DNA of 61,159 bases from Sphingomonadales bacterium (GCA_031418995.1 JANOKA010000215.1:1-61159); one strand, 5' to 3'. Positions 44,009-56,337 are shown, counted from the stretch's first letter. Translations and numbers: made by a program. The notes: generated by a model from the sequence alone, not told the origin.

Positions 44009-45229
44009 ATGACAAAAATCAAAGTCAAAAATCCCGTAGTCGAACTCGATGGCGATGAAATGACACGGATCATTTGGCAATGGATTAGAGAGAAGCTGAT
44101 TCTACCTTACCTAGATATCGATTTGAAATATTATGACCTTAGTGTTGAAAAACGTGATGAAACCGATGATCGGATCACCGTTGAGTCCGCTAATGCTATC
44201 CGCGAATTTGGCGTTGGCGTAAAATGCGCGACCATCACTCCCGACGAACAGCGCGTTGAAGAATTTGGCCTGAAAAAGATGTGGAAGTCGCCAAACGGTA
44301 CTATCCGCAACATACTGGGCGGGGTCGTATTTCGGGAACCTATCGTTATTGAAAATGTACCGCGCTTAATACCGGGCTGGACCGATCCAATCGTTGTTGG
44401 CCGTCATGCCTTTGGCGACCAATATAAGGCCACTGACTTTCTGGTGCCTGGCCCGGGTAAACTGCGCCTAGTGTGGGACGGCGATGATGGATCAAAAATT
44501 GATGAAGAGGTGTTCCATTATCCTTCGCCTGGCGTTGCGCTTGCCATGTACAATCTTGACGATTCAATCCGCGATTTTGCCCGTGCCTCCCTAAATTACG
44601 GCGTCAATAGGCAATGGCCAGTATACCTATCCACCAAGAACACGATATTGAAAGCTTATGACGGTCGTTTCAAAGATTTGTTTCAAGAAGTTTATGAAGC
44701 CGAGTTCAAAGAGAAGTTTGCTGAAATTGGGATCGTTTACGAACACCGTTTAATCGACGACATGGTGGCATCTGCACTCAAATGGTCTGGCAAGTTTATC
44801 TGGGCCTGTAAGAATTACGATGGCGATGTGCAATCCGATCAAGTCGCGCAAGGGTTTGGATCGCTTGGCCTGATGACATCCATCCTGATGACTCCAGATG
44901 GTAAAACAGTTGAAGCAGAGGCGGCGCATGGCACAGTAACCCGCCATTACCGGCAGCATCAGCAAGGCAAGGCGACATCGACCAATCCAATCGCATCTAT
45001 ATTTGCATGGACAGGCGGCCTGAAATTCCGCGGCAAATTTGATGACACACCTGACGTCACCCGGTTTGCCGAAACCCTGGAACAAGTATGCATCGAAACC
45101 GTGGAAGCGGGGCATATGACGAAAGATTTGGCTATACTTATCGGACCCGACCAAGGCTGGGAAACAACCGAGCAATTCTTTGAAAGTGTTCGTGCCAATT
45201 TGGAAAAGAAAATGGGCAGCTGGCAATAA
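44009..45229 (+). CDS. icd: NADP-dependent isocitrate dehydrogenase
   Basis: [37 protein letters not shown]. Confidence 0.97.
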   Translation: MTKIKVKNPVVELDGDEMTRIIWQWIREKLILPYLDIDLKYYDLSVEKRDETDDRITVESANAIREFGVGVKCATITPDEQRVEEFGLKKMWKSPNGTIRNILGGVVFREPIVIENVPRLIPGWTDPIVVGRHAFGDQYKATDFLVPGPGKLRLVWDGDDGSKIDEEVFHYPSPGVALAMYNLDDSIRDFARASLNYGVNRQWPVYLSTKNTILKAYDGRFKDLFQEVYEAEFKEKFAEIGIVYEHRLIDDMVASALKWSGKFIWACKNYDGDVQSDQVAQGFGSLGLMTSILMTPDGKTVEAEAAHGTVTRHYRQHQQGKATSTNPIASIFAWTGGLKFRGKFDDTPDVTRFAETLEQVCIETVEAGHMTKDLAILIGPDQGWETTEQFFESVRANLEKKMGSWQ

Positions 45230-45251
45230 AATTCCTATTACAAGACGACCC

Positions 45252-45290
45252 AAACGGGCGCGGACAGTAATGTTCGCGCCCGTTTTGTTT
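45252..45290 (+). terminator. Intrinsic terminator after icd
   Basis: AAACGGGCGCGGACA-gtaa-TGTTCGCGCCCGTTT followed by TGTTT. Confidence 0.8.
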
Positions 45291-45334
45291 GCATGCCTCT
45301 TTCCAATACCGCAGGCATATGCGTAATAGGCGGT

Positions 45335-47092
45335 ATGGCTGGACAATTACAAAGCGAAGGTATCAGCGATCTGGTCGTCTTATTAGGCGCAGCAGGTATC
45401 GTCATTCCGGCATTTGCGCGCTTTCGTATCACACCAATTATCGGGTTCATTCTGGTCGGCATTCTTGTTGGTCCCATGGGATTGGGCGCACTTGTACCGC
45501 GCTATCCAGCGCTGGAATGGGTCACAATTTCGGATGCCGAAGCGATTGCACCAATTGGCGAATATGGCATCATATTGTTGCTTTTCTCGATCGGTTTAGA
45601 GTTGTCCTTTCGCCGATTATGGAAAATGCGGCAACTGGTTTTTGGTGTCGGTGCAGCTCAGCTTTTGGGAGCAGGCGTTATTATTGCGCTGGGATTATTG
45701 CTAGTTGGCTACAGCGTGACAGCAGCAGCTGGCATCGGAATAGCGCTTGCACTATCCTCCACTGCATTGGTGTTGCCGATATCCGGCACGCAATCTGCAG
45801 TTGGCAAATCTGCTCTTGCTATGTTGCTTTTCGAGGATCTTGCGATTGTTCCGATTATTTTCATCCTTGGAGCACTGGCGCCCAATGCTGAAAATGGTTG
45901 GAACGCCATCATTACAACATTATGGCAAGGCGGTGCAGTTATTATAGGCATGCTCGTAATGGGCCGCTTTCTATTGCCGCGCCTGTTTGGACAAGCGGCT
46001 CGCACAAAAAGCCCGGAATTATTTGTTGCCATCAGCTTGCTTGTCGTAATCGTAGCTAGCCTTGCCACTGGCGCTGCAGGATTATCGCCCATAGTAGGCG
46101 CTTTGATTGCCGGTTTGCTTATTGCTGAAACCGATTATCATAACGAGGTCGAGGTTATGACTGCCCCCTTTAAGGGATTAGCGCTGGGTGTATTTCTTAT
46201 CAGCATCGGGATGCAAATTGATCTGCGTTTTGTTGCTGACAACTGGATTGCCCTTGTTTCCGCAGTTGCTGCTGTTGTTTTGGTAAAGGCACTGGTCACC
46301 GCAGCATTGCTCAAACTCAACGGCGCGCGCACGGGGACTGCAACCGAAACTGGCGTTTTAATGGCCAGCCCGTCGGAAACCACATTAATCGTATTGGGTG
46401 CCGCCGGGGCCGCGGCAATTATCGATAATGCGACAGTCAATTTTTGGCAGGTCGCAACCGCAATCGGATTGACCATAACGCCAATTCTGGCGCGCATCGG
46501 GCATGATATGTCCCGCCGGATTGAATTGCGCGAAAGTGATGATGAAATCGATGAACAGGACGAAACCACCGAACCGCGCACTGTTGTAATCGGTTTTGGC
46601 CGCGTCGGACGATTGGTGGCCGACATGCTGACAACACATGGCCAACGATATATCGCCGTTGAGTCCAATATTGATGCCGTGGCCGAGGGACGGCGAGAAG
46701 GTTATAAAGTCATCTTTGGCGATATATCGCGTCCCGACACGCTCGATAAAATGAGCCTAGGCCACGCAAGGGCATTGATCCTTACCATGGATCAACCCGT
46801 ATTGGCGGAGCATATTGTTAAACGCGTCCGGCAATGGCTGCCTGACCTCACTATCGTCGCGCGGGCCCGCGATCCCGAGCATGCCGCGCGATTGTACAAA
46901 GCTGGCGCGAGCGATGCTGTGCCCGAAACACTAGAAAGTTCGCTACAATTATCTGAGGCAATGCTGGTTGATCTAGGCGTTCCTATGGGCCCGGTCATAG
47001 CATCGATCCACGAGAAGCGAGATGAATATCGCCGCCAGATAAAAGAAGCCGGCGGGCTAAACATCGCTCCAAAACTAAAGTCAACAAACTAG
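45335..47092 (+). CDS. KefB/KefC-like cation:proton antiporter with TrkA-N domain
   Basis: Multiple TMs, LLFEDL, GFGRVG KTN motif. Confidence 0.92.
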   Translation: MAGQLQSEGISDLVVLLGAAGIVIPAFARFRITPIIGFILVGILVGPMGLGALVPRYPALEWVTISDAEAIAPIGEYGIILLLFSIGLELSFRRLWKMRQLVFGVGAAQLLGAGVIIALGLLLVGYSVTAAAGIGIALALSSTALVLPISGTQSAVGKSALAMLLFEDLAIVPIIFILGALAPNAENGWNAIITTLWQGGAVIIGMLVMGRFLLPRLFGQAARTKSPELFVAISLLVVIVASLATGAAGLSPIVGALIAGLLIAETDYHNEVEVMTAPFKGLALGVFLISIGMQIDLRFVADNWIALVSAVAAVVLVKALVTAALLKLNGARTGTATETGVLMASPSETTLIVLGAAGAAAIIDNATVNFWQVATAIGLTITPILARIGHDMSRRIELRESDDEIDEQDETTEPRTVVIGFGRVGRLVADMLTTHGQRYIAVESNIDAVAEGRREGYKVIFGDISRPDTLDKMSLGHARALILTMDQPVLAEHIVKRVRQWLPDLTIVARARDPEHAARLYKAGASDAVPETLESSLQLSEAMLVDLGVPMGPVIASIHEKRDEYRRQIKEAGGLNIAPKLKSTN

Positions 47093-47112
47093 GTTCTGTA
47101 CCTAAACTGATA

Positions 47113-49758
47113 TTACAGTGCTGCCTTAATGGCATTAATTGCCGCTTGCGCTTGATCTCCGCCTGCTGGACCGCCGCCTTGAGCCATTTCGGGCCTGCCG
47201 CCGCCGCCCTGCCCGCCCATTGCAGCAGTGGCCGCGCGAACAAGATCAGAGGCATTGAATCTCCCTATCAAATCCGCCGAAATACTCACGACTACTGTAT
47301 TGGCGTTTTCATTCGCGGCGATTATTGCGACTATGCCAGATCCGATTTCTTTCATTTGCTCATCAGCCAATCCGCGCAGTGCCTTTGGTTCTATGCCAGC
47401 GATGACTTGGCCAAGATAGTTTACGCCGTTGATAACCTCTGCCTCGGCTTTTTGCCCGCCACCTGCACCGCCAGAAAGCGCCAGTGCCGTTTTCGCTTCA
47501 GACAGTTCGCGCTCCATCCTTTTGCGGTCAGCAATCAGGGTTTCCAAACGAGCTGCCACGTCGTCAACACCCGTTTTAAGCAGACTAGCAACATTCTTAA
47601 GCTGCGCATCCCGGCCTACCAAATGTTGCCGCGCCGCCTCTCCGGTCAATGCCTCTATACGACGGATGCCGCTGGCAACGGCACCTTCCGAAACAATTGT
47701 GAAAAGCCCGATATCGCCCAAAGCGCGAACATGTGTGCCGCCGCAAAGCTCGACTGAATAGTGAGCGGCGTCGGCATTGCCCATCGAAAGGACGCGCACT
47801 TCATCGCCGTATTTCTCGCCAAACAATGCCAGCGCGCCTGCGGCAACCGCATCATCGGGTGTCATCAACCGCGTAGTTACGTCATTGTTCGCGCGAATTT
47901 GTGCATTCACCTCAGCTTCAATCGCGGCAACATCGGCGGATTCTACAGCCTTGTTGTGCGAGAAATCAAACCGCAAACGATCCGAAGCTACCATGCTACC
48001 TTTTTGGCTGACATGCCCGCCCAACCTGTTGCGTAAGGCCGCGTGCAACAAATGCGTTGCGCTATGATTGGCGCGCATCGCATCGCGCCGTGCAACATCA
48101 ATGGCCAGTACGACTATATCTCCAACAGCCAACGCGCCGGCTTCAATTTTGGCATGGTGTGCATGTAATTTTCCAAGCGGTTTTCCTGTTTCGTATACTG
48201 CCGCATGCAACCCTTTTGCGTTGCTGATAACGCCAGCATCGCCGTTTTGGCCACCAGATTCGCCGTAAAAAGGTGTTTGGTTCGTAATTATTATTATATC
48301 ATCGTCTGTGGTTGCAGCTTGTACTTCAACACCATCCTTAACAAGTGCAAGCACTTGCCCCTCACCTTCGGTCGCTGAATATCCAGTAAATTCAGTGGAG
48401 CCCGCGCGTTCGGCAATATCGAACCAGATATCGTCTGATGCCTTTGCGCCTGACCCTTTCCACGCCGCTCGCGCCATCGATTTCTGGTTGTCCATCGCAG
48501 CATCAAAGCCCGCCTGATCGATACCAAAACCTTGCGCACGTAAAGCATCTTCGGTCAGATCATAGGGGAAGCCATAGGTATCATATAATTTAAATGCGAC
48601 TTCGCCGGGAAGAATTTCATCCGGGGTCATTCCTGCGGTTGCTTCATCAAGAAGTTTGATGCCCTTATCCAACGTCTGCCGAAACCGCGCTTCCTCTTGC
48701 CGCAATGTTTCTTCAATCAACGCCCTGGCGCGTAATAACTCAGGATATGCTGCGCCCATTTCTGTCAGCAAGCTGCCAACCAAACGATGCATTAACGGTT
48801 CTTTTGCGCCCAAAATATGGGCGTGCCGCATTGCTCTGCGCATAATTCGGCGTAGCACATATCCGCGCCCCTCATTGGACGGCAAAACGCCATCAGCGAT
48901 CAGGAAACTTGTCGAACGCAGATGGTCGGCAATAACGCGGTGGCTGGCTTTTTGTTCGCCTTCTGCCTTGGTCCCCGTCATTTTCTCTGATGCTTCGATT
49001 AATGCAAGGAACGTGTCGGTATCGTAATTATCATGTACGCCCTGTAAAACGGCTGCGACACGTTCCAAGCCCATACCGGTGTCGATGCTGGGTTTTGGCA
49101 AACTGGTCTGACTGCCGTCCTCATGCCGTTCGAATTGCATGAAGACCAGATTCCAGATTTCGACATATCGGTCGCCGTCCTCGTCAGGGCTACCGGGAGG
49201 GCCGCCAAATATATGGTCACCATGATCGTAGAAAATTTCGCTGCACGGTCCGCAGGGCCCGGTATCACCCATCGACCAAAAATTATCGTTGGTTGCAATA
49301 CGAACGATGCGGTCTTCGGGTAATCCTGCAATTTTTTGCCAAAGGCCAAATGCCTCATCATCGGTATGATATACGGTGACCCACAACCGTGCAGGATCAA
49401 TGCCCCATGTTTTGGTCAGCAATGTCCAAGCATGCGAAATTGCATCCGCTTTGAAATAATCACCAAACGAAAAATTGCCGAGCATTTCAAAGAATGTATG
49501 ATGCCGTGCGGTATATCCCACATTATCGAGATCATTATGTTTGCCGCCAGCGCGCACGCATTTCTGGCTAGAAACGGCACGCGGAATTTCGCGGCTTTCA
49601 AGTCCGGTAAAGACGTTTTTGAATGGCACCATGCCGGCATTCACGAACATCAATGTGGGATCGTTATAGGGAACCAGTGGCGCAGATTGCACAACATCAT
49701 GTCCGATGCCCCCGAAGAAATCGAGAAAGGCGCGGCGAATATCATTAGTAGAGGTCAT
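47113..49758 (-). CDS. alaS: Alanine--tRNA ligase
   Basis: [40 protein letters not shown]. Confidence 0.98.
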   Translation of the reverse strand: MTSTNDIRRAFLDFFGGIGHDVVQSAPLVPYNDPTLMFVNAGMVPFKNVFTGLESREIPRAVSSQKCVRAGGKHNDLDNVGYTARHHTFFEMLGNFSFGDYFKADAISHAWTLLTKTWGIDPARLWVTVYHTDDEAFGLWQKIAGLPEDRIVRIATNDNFWSMGDTGPCGPCSEIFYDHGDHIFGGPPGSPDEDGDRYVEIWNLVFMQFERHEDGSQTSLPKPSIDTGMGLERVAAVLQGVHDNYDTDTFLALIEASEKMTGTKAEGEQKASHRVIADHLRSTSFLIADGVLPSNEGRGYVLRRIMRRAMRHAHILGAKEPLMHRLVGSLLTEMGAAYPELLRARALIEETLRQEEARFRQTLDKGIKLLDEATAGMTPDEILPGEVAFKLYDTYGFPYDLTEDALRAQGFGIDQAGFDAAMDNQKSMARAAWKGSGAKASDDIWFDIAERAGSTEFTGYSATEGEGQVLALVKDGVEVQAATTDDDIIIITNQTPFYGESGGQNGDAGVISNAKGLHAAVYETGKPLGKLHAHHAKIEAGALAVGDIVVLAIDVARRDAMRANHSATHLLHAALRNRLGGHVSQKGSMVASDRLRFDFSHNKAVESADVAAIEAEVNAQIRANNDVTTRLMTPDDAVAAGALALFGEKYGDEVRVLSMGNADAAHYSVELCGGTHVRALGDIGLFTIVSEGAVASGIRRIEALTGEAARQHLVGRDAQLKNVASLLKTGVDDVAARLETLIADRKRMERELSEAKTALALSGGAGGGQKAEAEVINGVNYLGQVIAGIEPKALRGLADEQMKEIGSGIVAIIAANENANTVVVSISADLIGRFNASDLVRAATAAMGGQGGGGRPEMAQGGGPAGGDQAQAAINAIKAAL

Positions 49759-49764
49759 GCCAGC

Positions 49765-49807
49765 GACTTAGGCGACCGCAAACGCCTAGACAAGAGGCGT
49801 CTGCGGT
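49765..49807 (-). promoter_or_regulatory. Putative leaderless alaS promoter overlapped by a 13-bp inverted repeat
   Basis: TTGTCT-N17-TAAGTC-N6-ATG; ACCGCAGACGCCT/AGGCGTTTGCGGT at 49775-49807. Confidence 0.5.
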
Positions 49808-49834
49808 GAAAATGTTACAGTGCAGCAGTATCGC

Positions 49835-50461
49835 CTATGCATAAGCATATGCCCCGCCCTTGGCCAAAGCTGCCTGATAAGTCGGCATAGCATGTATCAT
49901 TTTTACAAACGCCGATAGTTTCGGCATACGCACGCCAAACCCTTGAGCTACAGCAATTTCGGCAGGAAAGATCATCATAATGTCGGCACCCGTCAGATTG
50001 TCCCCAACAAAATACCCCGAAGGCTGGATGCTATCCTCCATGAACTGAAAATGGTTTTCCAATTGTTGGTCGATACGGGGGTTTAGCGGCGTCGCAGCAT
50101 CGCCAAGTCGTGATGTGTAAAGCCGCAATAATACAGGTGTCATTGCTGATCCTTCAGCAAAATGAAGCCATTCCAGATAGCGGATATGGTTGTCAGTCCC
50201 GCGTGCAGGAATCAAATGCGCCCCGCCGTGGCGTTCACATAAATATTCTGTGATTGCTGCGGATTCAAAAACAAGCTTTCCGGCATCTTCAATCATCGGA
50301 GATTTTCCGAGTGGGTGCAGCGCAGTTAAGCTGGGCGGCGCTAGATTGGTTACGACGTCGCGTTGATGGTGTTGAATTTCATATTCAATTCCCAATTCTT
50401 CAAGCAACCATAATATACGTTGTGAGCGGCTGTTGTTCAGATGATGTACGATCAATGTCAT
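49835..50461 (-). CDS. Glutathione S-transferase
   Basis: SRSQRILWLLEEL, HPLGKSP, ESAAI, GADIMM. Confidence 0.93.
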   Translation of the reverse strand: MTLIVHHLNNSRSQRILWLLEELGIEYEIQHHQRDVVTNLAPPSLTALHPLGKSPMIEDAGKLVFESAAITEYLCERHGGAHLIPARGTDNHIRYLEWLHFAEGSAMTPVLLRLYTSRLGDAATPLNPRIDQQLENHFQFMEDSIQPSGYFVGDNLTGADIMMIFPAEIAVAQGFGVRMPKLSAFVKMIHAMPTYQAALAKGGAYAYA

Positions 50462-50483
50462 TTTGGGTTCCTATTATATTGGA

Positions 50484-51296
50484 TCAAGCGGCGTTTCGGC
50501 AAATAAGGGCAGACAGTTCGCGGACAAGTTTCGCAGCCAAAATAGCGGTTATATCGTTTATGTCGCGCGCAGGGTTAAGTTCGACAATATCTGCGCCAAC
50601 AATTTGCGCATTCTGGCGATTTAATACGGTGAGAAGTTCACGGACGGTGATACCGCCGGGTTCAGGATGGGCGACACCTGGCGCTTGAGATGGATCAATG
50701 CCGTCCAAATCAATGCTAATATATAAAGGCCCGGCAATTTGCGACACGGTCTCTGCCGTAAATCCCGTCATGGGGAATATCGTGACCCCGAAACGGTTCG
50801 CTTGGTCACGGCAGTGCTTGGTAAGCGTGCGAATACCAACCTGCGTAAGCGATTCTGCATGGCCTGACTCCATAATACGGGCAAATGGCGAAGCATGCGA
50901 TCGCCGGTTGCCTTCAAAATCATCGTAGAGATCGGGGTGCGCATCAAAATGTAATATATTTATGCGCCCGTAATGTGCTGCCAAAGCCTGAATTACTGGA
51001 AAAGTAACCGCGTGGTCGCCGCCTAGGAACAACGGAATTGCTCCGTCTTTTACAGTATTTGAGACAGACGATCTGATTATTTCGTCGTCGGCGGCAACAT
51101 CTACATCGCTTAAGTCCAGATTCCCTTTGTCGGCCAATGGAATGTCGGTTCCTATTTCCATCCCGTTCTCGCAAGACAAGTTGCCCCGATCACTGAATAG
51201 AGCCGCACGAATGGCATCCGGTCCGCCCGCCGCGCCGCGTTCGAACGAACTGTTACAATCAGTTGGCAAGCCGATGAGATGAATTAAAGGAGGCAT
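50484..51296 (-). CDS. Ureohydrolase (agmatinase/arginase family); alternative start 51311
   Basis: GGDH, DAHPD, SIDLDGID Mn-binding motifs, VELNP. Confidence 0.92.
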   Translation of the reverse strand: MPPLIHLIGLPTDCNSSFERGAAGGPDAIRAALFSDRGNLSCENGMEIGTDIPLADKGNLDLSDVDVAADDEIIRSSVSNTVKDGAIPLFLGGDHAVTFPVIQALAAHYGRINILHFDAHPDLYDDFEGNRRSHASPFARIMESGHAESLTQVGIRTLTKHCRDQANRFGVTIFPMTGFTAETVSQIAGPLYISIDLDGIDPSQAPGVAHPEPGGITVRELLTVLNRQNAQIVGADIVELNPARDINDITAILAAKLVRELSALICRNAA

Positions 51297-51433
51297 GTAT
51301 TTACATGACATTTTGGCACGTGCTTAGTCAATCCAAGTTTGAAAATGGCTGTATGCTGCGCAAGATGATGGCAAAATGCAAAAATATTCGCTGCTTGTAA
51401 CTGCTGCCTATATCGATGCCGTACTGACAAGTT

Positions 51434-51533
51434 GGCCCGCCTCGGGGTGGGTCGAGGCGGGCCGGAGTGCAGTCATTCTATCGAAAGACCGCAAACTTCA
51501 CTCCACAGGGGGATGGGAGGAAGAGTAAACTCA
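51434..51533 (-). ncRNA. Candidate structured RNA with C-rich loops in the recA 3' region
   Basis: Three adjacent hairpins; G-U pairs favour the minus strand; loops UUCCUCCCAUCCCCC and ACCCACCC. Confidence 0.5.
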
Positions 51534-51547
51534 AAATCATAGTAAAG

Positions 51548-52645
51548 TTATGCTTCAGTTTCGGTATCCGTGCTATCCTCTGCATCGGGACCCACCAGCA
51601 TTTCTTCGGCCACTTCATCCATTTTCCCACGGATAGCAGCTTCCAACTTTGCCGCCATTTCCGGGTTTTCCACGAGGAAGGTTTTGGAATTTTCACGTCC
51701 CTGCCCGATCCGCACCGAATCATAGCTGAACCAGCTGCCCGATTTCTCAACCACACCGGCCTTAACGCCCAAATCCAGCAACTCACCTGTTTTGGAAATG
51801 CCCTGACCATACATGATATCGAATTCGACCTGCTTGAACGGCGGCGCAACTTTGTTCTTAACCACCTTCACGCGAGTTGCGTTACCCACAATATCCTCAC
51901 GGTCTTTAATCTGGCCAATACGGCGGATATCCAAACGCACCGAAGCATAAAATTTCAATGCATTGCCGCCCGTTGTGGTTTCCGGCGAACCATACATCAC
52001 GCCGATTTTCATGCGGATCTGGTTGATGAAAATAACCATGCAGTTCGAACGGCTGATCGAACCCGTAATCTTGCGCAGTGCCTGGCTCATTAAGCGCGCT
52101 TGCAGGCCAACATGGGTATCCCCCATTTCGCCCTCGATTTCAGCGCGCGGTACCAAAGCCGCCACCGAATCGATCACGAGTATGTCAACCGCATTGGAAC
52201 GCACCAATGTATCGGCAATCTCCAGCGCCTGTTCGCCCGTGTCCGGCTGCGATACGATAAGGTTATCAATATCGACGCCCAATTTTTTCGCATAGGAGGG
52301 ATCCAGTGCATGCTCCGCATCAATAAACGCAGCAGTACCGCCGGCTTTTTGACATTCGGCAATCACATGCAGCGTCAATGTTGTTTTGCCGGAGCTTTCC
52401 GGACCATAAATCTCAACTACGCGTCCCTTTGGCAGACCGCCAATGCCAAGAGCGATATCAAGCCCCAGCGAGCCTGTTGAGATCGCTTCGATATTCATCG
52501 CCTCTTTACTGCCCAATTTCATTGCCGAGCCCTTACCAAAGGCACGGTCAATTTGTGCCAGTGCCGCCTCGAGGGCTTTTTCGCGTTCGCTATCTTTCAT
52601 TTTCGATTGATTTCCTGATTCTATCACTTTGAGACTTGCAGCCAT
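51548..52645 (-). CDS. recA: Recombinase RecA
   Basis: [28 protein letters not shown]. Confidence 0.99.
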   Translation of the reverse strand: MAASLKVIESGNQSKMKDSEREKALEAALAQIDRAFGKGSAMKLGSKEAMNIEAISTGSLGLDIALGIGGLPKGRVVEIYGPESSGKTTLTLHVIAECQKAGGTAAFIDAEHALDPSYAKKLGVDIDNLIVSQPDTGEQALEIADTLVRSNAVDILVIDSVAALVPRAEIEGEMGDTHVGLQARLMSQALRKITGSISRSNCMVIFINQIRMKIGVMYGSPETTTGGNALKFYASVRLDIRRIGQIKDREDIVGNATRVKVVKNKVAPPFKQVEFDIMYGQGISKTGELLDLGVKAGVVEKSGSWFSYDSVRIGQGRENSKTFLVENPEMAAKLEAAIRGKMDEVAEEMLVGPDAEDSTDTETEA

Positions 52646-52703
52646 TTTACCACTCCTTAAGCTAAGTACAGTGAAGACCCACCCGGATCGTCTGCAACAG
52701 TTT

Positions 52704-52738
52704 GTATGCTATTTGTTCTCAAAGAACAAGAGTGGAAC
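52704..52738. promoter_or_regulatory. LexA boxes upstream of recA
   Basis: Exact GAAC-AAGAGTG-GAAC (52724-52738) plus degenerate GTAT-N7-GTTC (52704-52718). Confidence 0.85.
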
Positions 52739-52760
52739 GAAATTATTTAATCCTTTTTAA

Positions 52761-55178
52761 TCAGATATTTACTGCCAAAAGCGCATCACGGACAGCTTCT
52801 GATATCTGTTGAACCGAAAAAGGCTTTGGTAAAAAATACACATTGTCCAGATTTATCGATTCTCGCAATTGCTCCTCTGCATAACCAGACATGAATAGGA
52901 TTTTCACATCACCATATTTTTCCCGCAATTTACGGGCCATCGCGGGGCCATCCATGTTTGGCATAACCACGTCGGACACAATCAAATCATACCGCTTTCC
53001 GTCGGCAAACATCTGTACGCCCTCCTCTCCGTCGCGCGCAGTCTCGATGATATAGCCTTGCCGGGCCAAAGCACGCTCAGCAACGGCGCGGACCATATCT
53101 TCATCCTCAACAATCAACACGCGGCCCGTACCCCATAAATCGCGCGGCTTTTCCGCTGGCTTCAATGATGGCGCAGGAACAGGCGGAAGCCCAACATGCA
53201 CAGGTAAATAAATATCAAACCGCGTGCCTTTACCCAATTCCGAGTCAGCGAAAATGAAACCACCCGATTGCTTAACGATGCCGTAAACGGTTGAAAGACC
53301 TAGGCCAGTCCCCTTGCCAACTTCTTTGGTGGTAAAAAAGGGCTCAAATATTTTGCTTAGATTCTCTTTCGAAATACCTGAGCCTCTATCCACAACCGAA
53401 AGCTGCACATAATCGCCGATAGGCAAAATCTCGCTGCCCATTGCGCGAACATCGGCTTGCGAGAGCGGTTTTGTGGAAATACTCAAAACGCCGCCATTGG
53501 GCATCGCATCGCGGGCATTGACCCCCAGATTGACGATAACCTGCTCCAATTGTCCGGGATCTGCGCGAACCGTACCTGTACCACGTCCGTGGTGCACCTC
53601 CAGCCGCACTTTTTCTCCAAGCAGGCGTTTCAATAGGTTGGACACCTCTGCCACGACATCGGGCAATTGCAGTATTTGCGGCCGCAAGGTTTGCTGCCGC
53701 GAAAAAGCGAGCAATTGCCGTGTCAGGCTGGCGGCACGGTTTGAATTATTCTTGATCTGTTGAATATCATCATAATCGCTATCACCGGGCTGATGGCGCA
53801 ACATCATCAAATCACAATATCCGATAATCGCGGTCAAGATATTGTTAAAATCATGCGCAACGCCGCCGGCCAGTTGCCCCACCGACTCCATCTTAGTTGC
53901 CTGCGCCACTTGTCGTTTCAATTTGGTTTCTTCGCTGTTGTCCTTCAAGCCGATCAACACTGATGCCTCGCCAAGCCCTCGCACACCCGCAATCGAAAGC
54001 GCTATCACCTCGTCGGGTTGATCTTTTAATCTTACGGCAATGTCGCCCGACATGGATTGGCCGCGTGCATACCGGCGGATGCTTTCCGACACTGCGGCTT
54101 TATCATCATTGATAACCAGATCACCTGGATAAGGCGGTAATTTGTCGACTGTCGTGTCAATGACGCGGGCAAAAGCATCGTTGGCAAACAAGAAGCGTCC
54201 GTCGCGGTCAACCAGCGCCAATCCCAAAGGCAAGGTGGCAAGAAGTTGTTCTACATGGCTAAGTGCTGATGCGCGGTCAATGGTTGCGCCGTCATCATCA
54301 ACGGCCAGTAACATGGACGCGCCCTGCTGTCCTGCCCCGCCCAGCGGCACATGCATTAATCTAATAGGAAGGCCTTTGCGTCCCTCCCGTTCAAAAAAAA
54401 TCCGCCCTTTTTCATCCATGCGCATGAATGATGCAAATTCGCGGCCCACGATGTTGCTGTTTTCTGTACCCGTGGAACGCAAAGCAAATGCGGCATTGGC
54501 CGAGCGGATTCTTCCGTCTGCGCTAATCGAAGCTGCCATGATGCCTGAACCCGCCATAGCATAACCGATACGCCCGGAAATCAAGTCAGCTGCACGCGAT
54601 TCGATATCTCTTTTTTCAAGCGGAGCAAACCACCAAAGCAAATACTCGTCACCTGCGCCAGAGCGAATGGCCTTTATGGTATATTCCGTATCATTGTGCC
54701 GCATTCCATCAGCAGCGGACTGCCCGTCACGCCATGCTGCTCTAGCAAGTTCGATAAGCATCTCGCGTCCAGCAGCATCGACATTTATATCTGGCGGCGC
54801 ACTCAAACCCTCAAACCACTGGGTAAACATTCCGTTGGCACAAACCAAACGTCCTGCGCGGTCGCTGATTGCAACGGCAGCGCCAGATAACGATGCTGCA
54901 GCGCGAGTAACCGACCAATCGGGCGGCATTGAAACCGTTTCTGCAGAAGGCGCATCTGTTTTTCGGGCATATTCAATCAGCGCCCACACCGCAATTTGTG
55001 CCGCTGCAAAACTACTCACTACCACAATGTTATGCGTCGCAAACCAAATGAGCGCCAAAGATAATAATGTCGCTGCGCACAACATCGCAAAAAGTTTACG
55101 GTTTTGTACGCCTTGCTCGGATCCTTCTCCACCAAATAACCGTAAAGACGTGGGTGAAGACAGGCCGGTCAATTGCAA
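52761..55178 (-). CDS. cckA: Hybrid sensor kinase/receiver CckA
   Basis: Two TMs, PAS-like regions, [27 protein letters not shown], receiver domain; cckA-recA synteny. Confidence 0.88.
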   Translation of the reverse strand: MQLTGLSSPTSLRLFGGEGSEQGVQNRKLFAMLCAATLLSLALIWFATHNIVVVSSFAAAQIAVWALIEYARKTDAPSAETVSMPPDWSVTRAAASLSGAAVAISDRAGRLVCANGMFTQWFEGLSAPPDINVDAAGREMLIELARAAWRDGQSAADGMRHNDTEYTIKAIRSGAGDEYLLWWFAPLEKRDIESRAADLISGRIGYAMAGSGIMAASISADGRIRSANAAFALRSTGTENSNIVGREFASFMRMDEKGRIFFEREGRKGLPIRLMHVPLGGAGQQGASMLLAVDDDGATIDRASALSHVEQLLATLPLGLALVDRDGRFLFANDAFARVIDTTVDKLPPYPGDLVINDDKAAVSESIRRYARGQSMSGDIAVRLKDQPDEVIALSIAGVRGLGEASVLIGLKDNSEETKLKRQVAQATKMESVGQLAGGVAHDFNNILTAIIGYCDLMMLRHQPGDSDYDDIQQIKNNSNRAASLTRQLLAFSRQQTLRPQILQLPDVVAEVSNLLKRLLGEKVRLEVHHGRGTGTVRADPGQLEQVIVNLGVNARDAMPNGGVLSISTKPLSQADVRAMGSEILPIGDYVQLSVVDRGSGISKENLSKIFEPFFTTKEVGKGTGLGLSTVYGIVKQSGGFIFADSELGKGTRFDIYLPVHVGLPPVPAPSLKPAEKPRDLWGTGRVLIVEDEDMVRAVAERALARQGYIIETARDGEEGVQMFADGKRYDLIVSDVVMPNMDGPAMARKLREKYGDVKILFMSGYAEEQLRESINLDNVYFLPKPFSVQQISEAVRDALLAVNI

Positions 55179-55291
55179 TCCTTGTTTATTTGGTCACTTT
55201 GCACGCACTAACGGCATACAAAGTAAGTATCAAAGGTAGTTTTGGCTGGAACGCATCTGCCAATTTGTCAAGTTTTTGAAAATGATTTTGC

Positions 55292-55858
55292 TTAGCTGCG
55301 CGCCGCGACCGATTTCGACCGGCGACGCCATTTTGCGCTAATCCACCAGCGCCAGAATAATGCGGCGATGACGTAACCTATAATGGCTGCAACAAACGAG
55401 ATTATTGCAAGCCCGGCAACCCCCTCAACAATCGCTGTTGGCGCTTCCGACATTATCCAATCGGTCCATGCTGACAAAGGCGCACCGCTTTCAATAAGCA
55501 CGAGAAAGCGGCTTGATCCTGCACCCAACTGCAGCAACGAATTGCCGACATAGACCGACGCGGCGAGAATAAAAGGCGTCGTTGCCGGCATACTTAAAAA
55601 CGTCATGGCCGCACCGATTGGAATATTGGCACGAAACGGTAATGCCAGCAAAGCAACGCCAGCGATTTGCACGCCAGGTATAAGCAAAAAAATTCCAACC
55701 AATAATCCCAGCGCAACCCCGCGCGGGACCGAACGCCGTGTAAAACGCCACAACGCGGGATGAAAAACCCGCTTTGCAAAAGGACGTAGTACTGCGCTGC
55801 GTTCAAAACTATCGCGTGTTGGCGCTTGGCGCATGATCCACTTGCCGAAGCGGCTCAT
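55292..55858 (-). CDS. DUF2062 membrane protein
   Basis: [23 protein letters not shown] segments. Confidence 0.82.
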   Translation of the reverse strand: MSRFGKWIMRQAPTRDSFERSAVLRPFAKRVFHPALWRFTRRSVPRGVALGLLVGIFLLIPGVQIAGVALLALPFRANIPIGAAMTFLSMPATTPFILAASVYVGNSLLQLGAGSSRFLVLIESGAPLSAWTDWIMSEAPTAIVEGVAGLAIISFVAAIIGYVIAALFWRWWISAKWRRRSKSVAARS

Positions 55859-56337
55859 CCTTTTTCTCTCATCACTCGCCCTTGTTCGCGCTTCCAGTCG
55901 CGTTCTTTTTCTGTAGCACGTTTGTCAGGAGCTTTTTTGCCTTTTGCCAGCGCTATTTCTACTTTTGCTCGGCCACGGTCATTGAAATAAATCGACAACG
56001 GAACAACCGTCATGCCCTGACGCATAACCGCAGCGTAAAGTTTGTTTATCTCCCGCCCGTTAAGTAACAGTTTACGTGGTCTTTTGGGTTCGTGATTATA
56101 TCGGTTACCGTGACTGAATTCTGGAATATTAGCATTCACTAGCCAGACATTGCCATCCTTTACCTCGGCATAGCTATCGGCGATATTACCCTCACCAAAT
56201 CGCAGTGATTTTACCTCGGTACCTGTTAGCGCGATGCCGGCTTCAAATTTATCGGTAAGAAAAAAATCATAACGGGCGCGCCTGTTTTCAGCGACGGTTT
56301 TTACTTTTACGAATGCTTCTGGTTTGGGGCGTACCAT
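55855..56337 (-). CDS. smpB: SsrA-binding protein
   Basis: [31 protein letters not shown]. Confidence 0.97.
   Translation of the reverse strand: MVRPKPEAFVKVKTVAENRRARYDFFLTDKFEAGIALTGTEVKSLRFGEGNIADSYAEVKDGNVWLVNANIPEFSHGNRYNHEPKRPRKLLLNGREINKLYAAVMRQGMTVVPLSIYFNDRGRAKVEIALAKGKKAPDKRATEKERDWKREQGRVMREKG

Noticed and set aside
51467-52093. 208-aa plus-strand ORF near the GGGAGG sequence
   Set aside because: Antisense to highly conserved recA, no recognisable motifs; GGGAGG lies inside the ORF rather than before a start.
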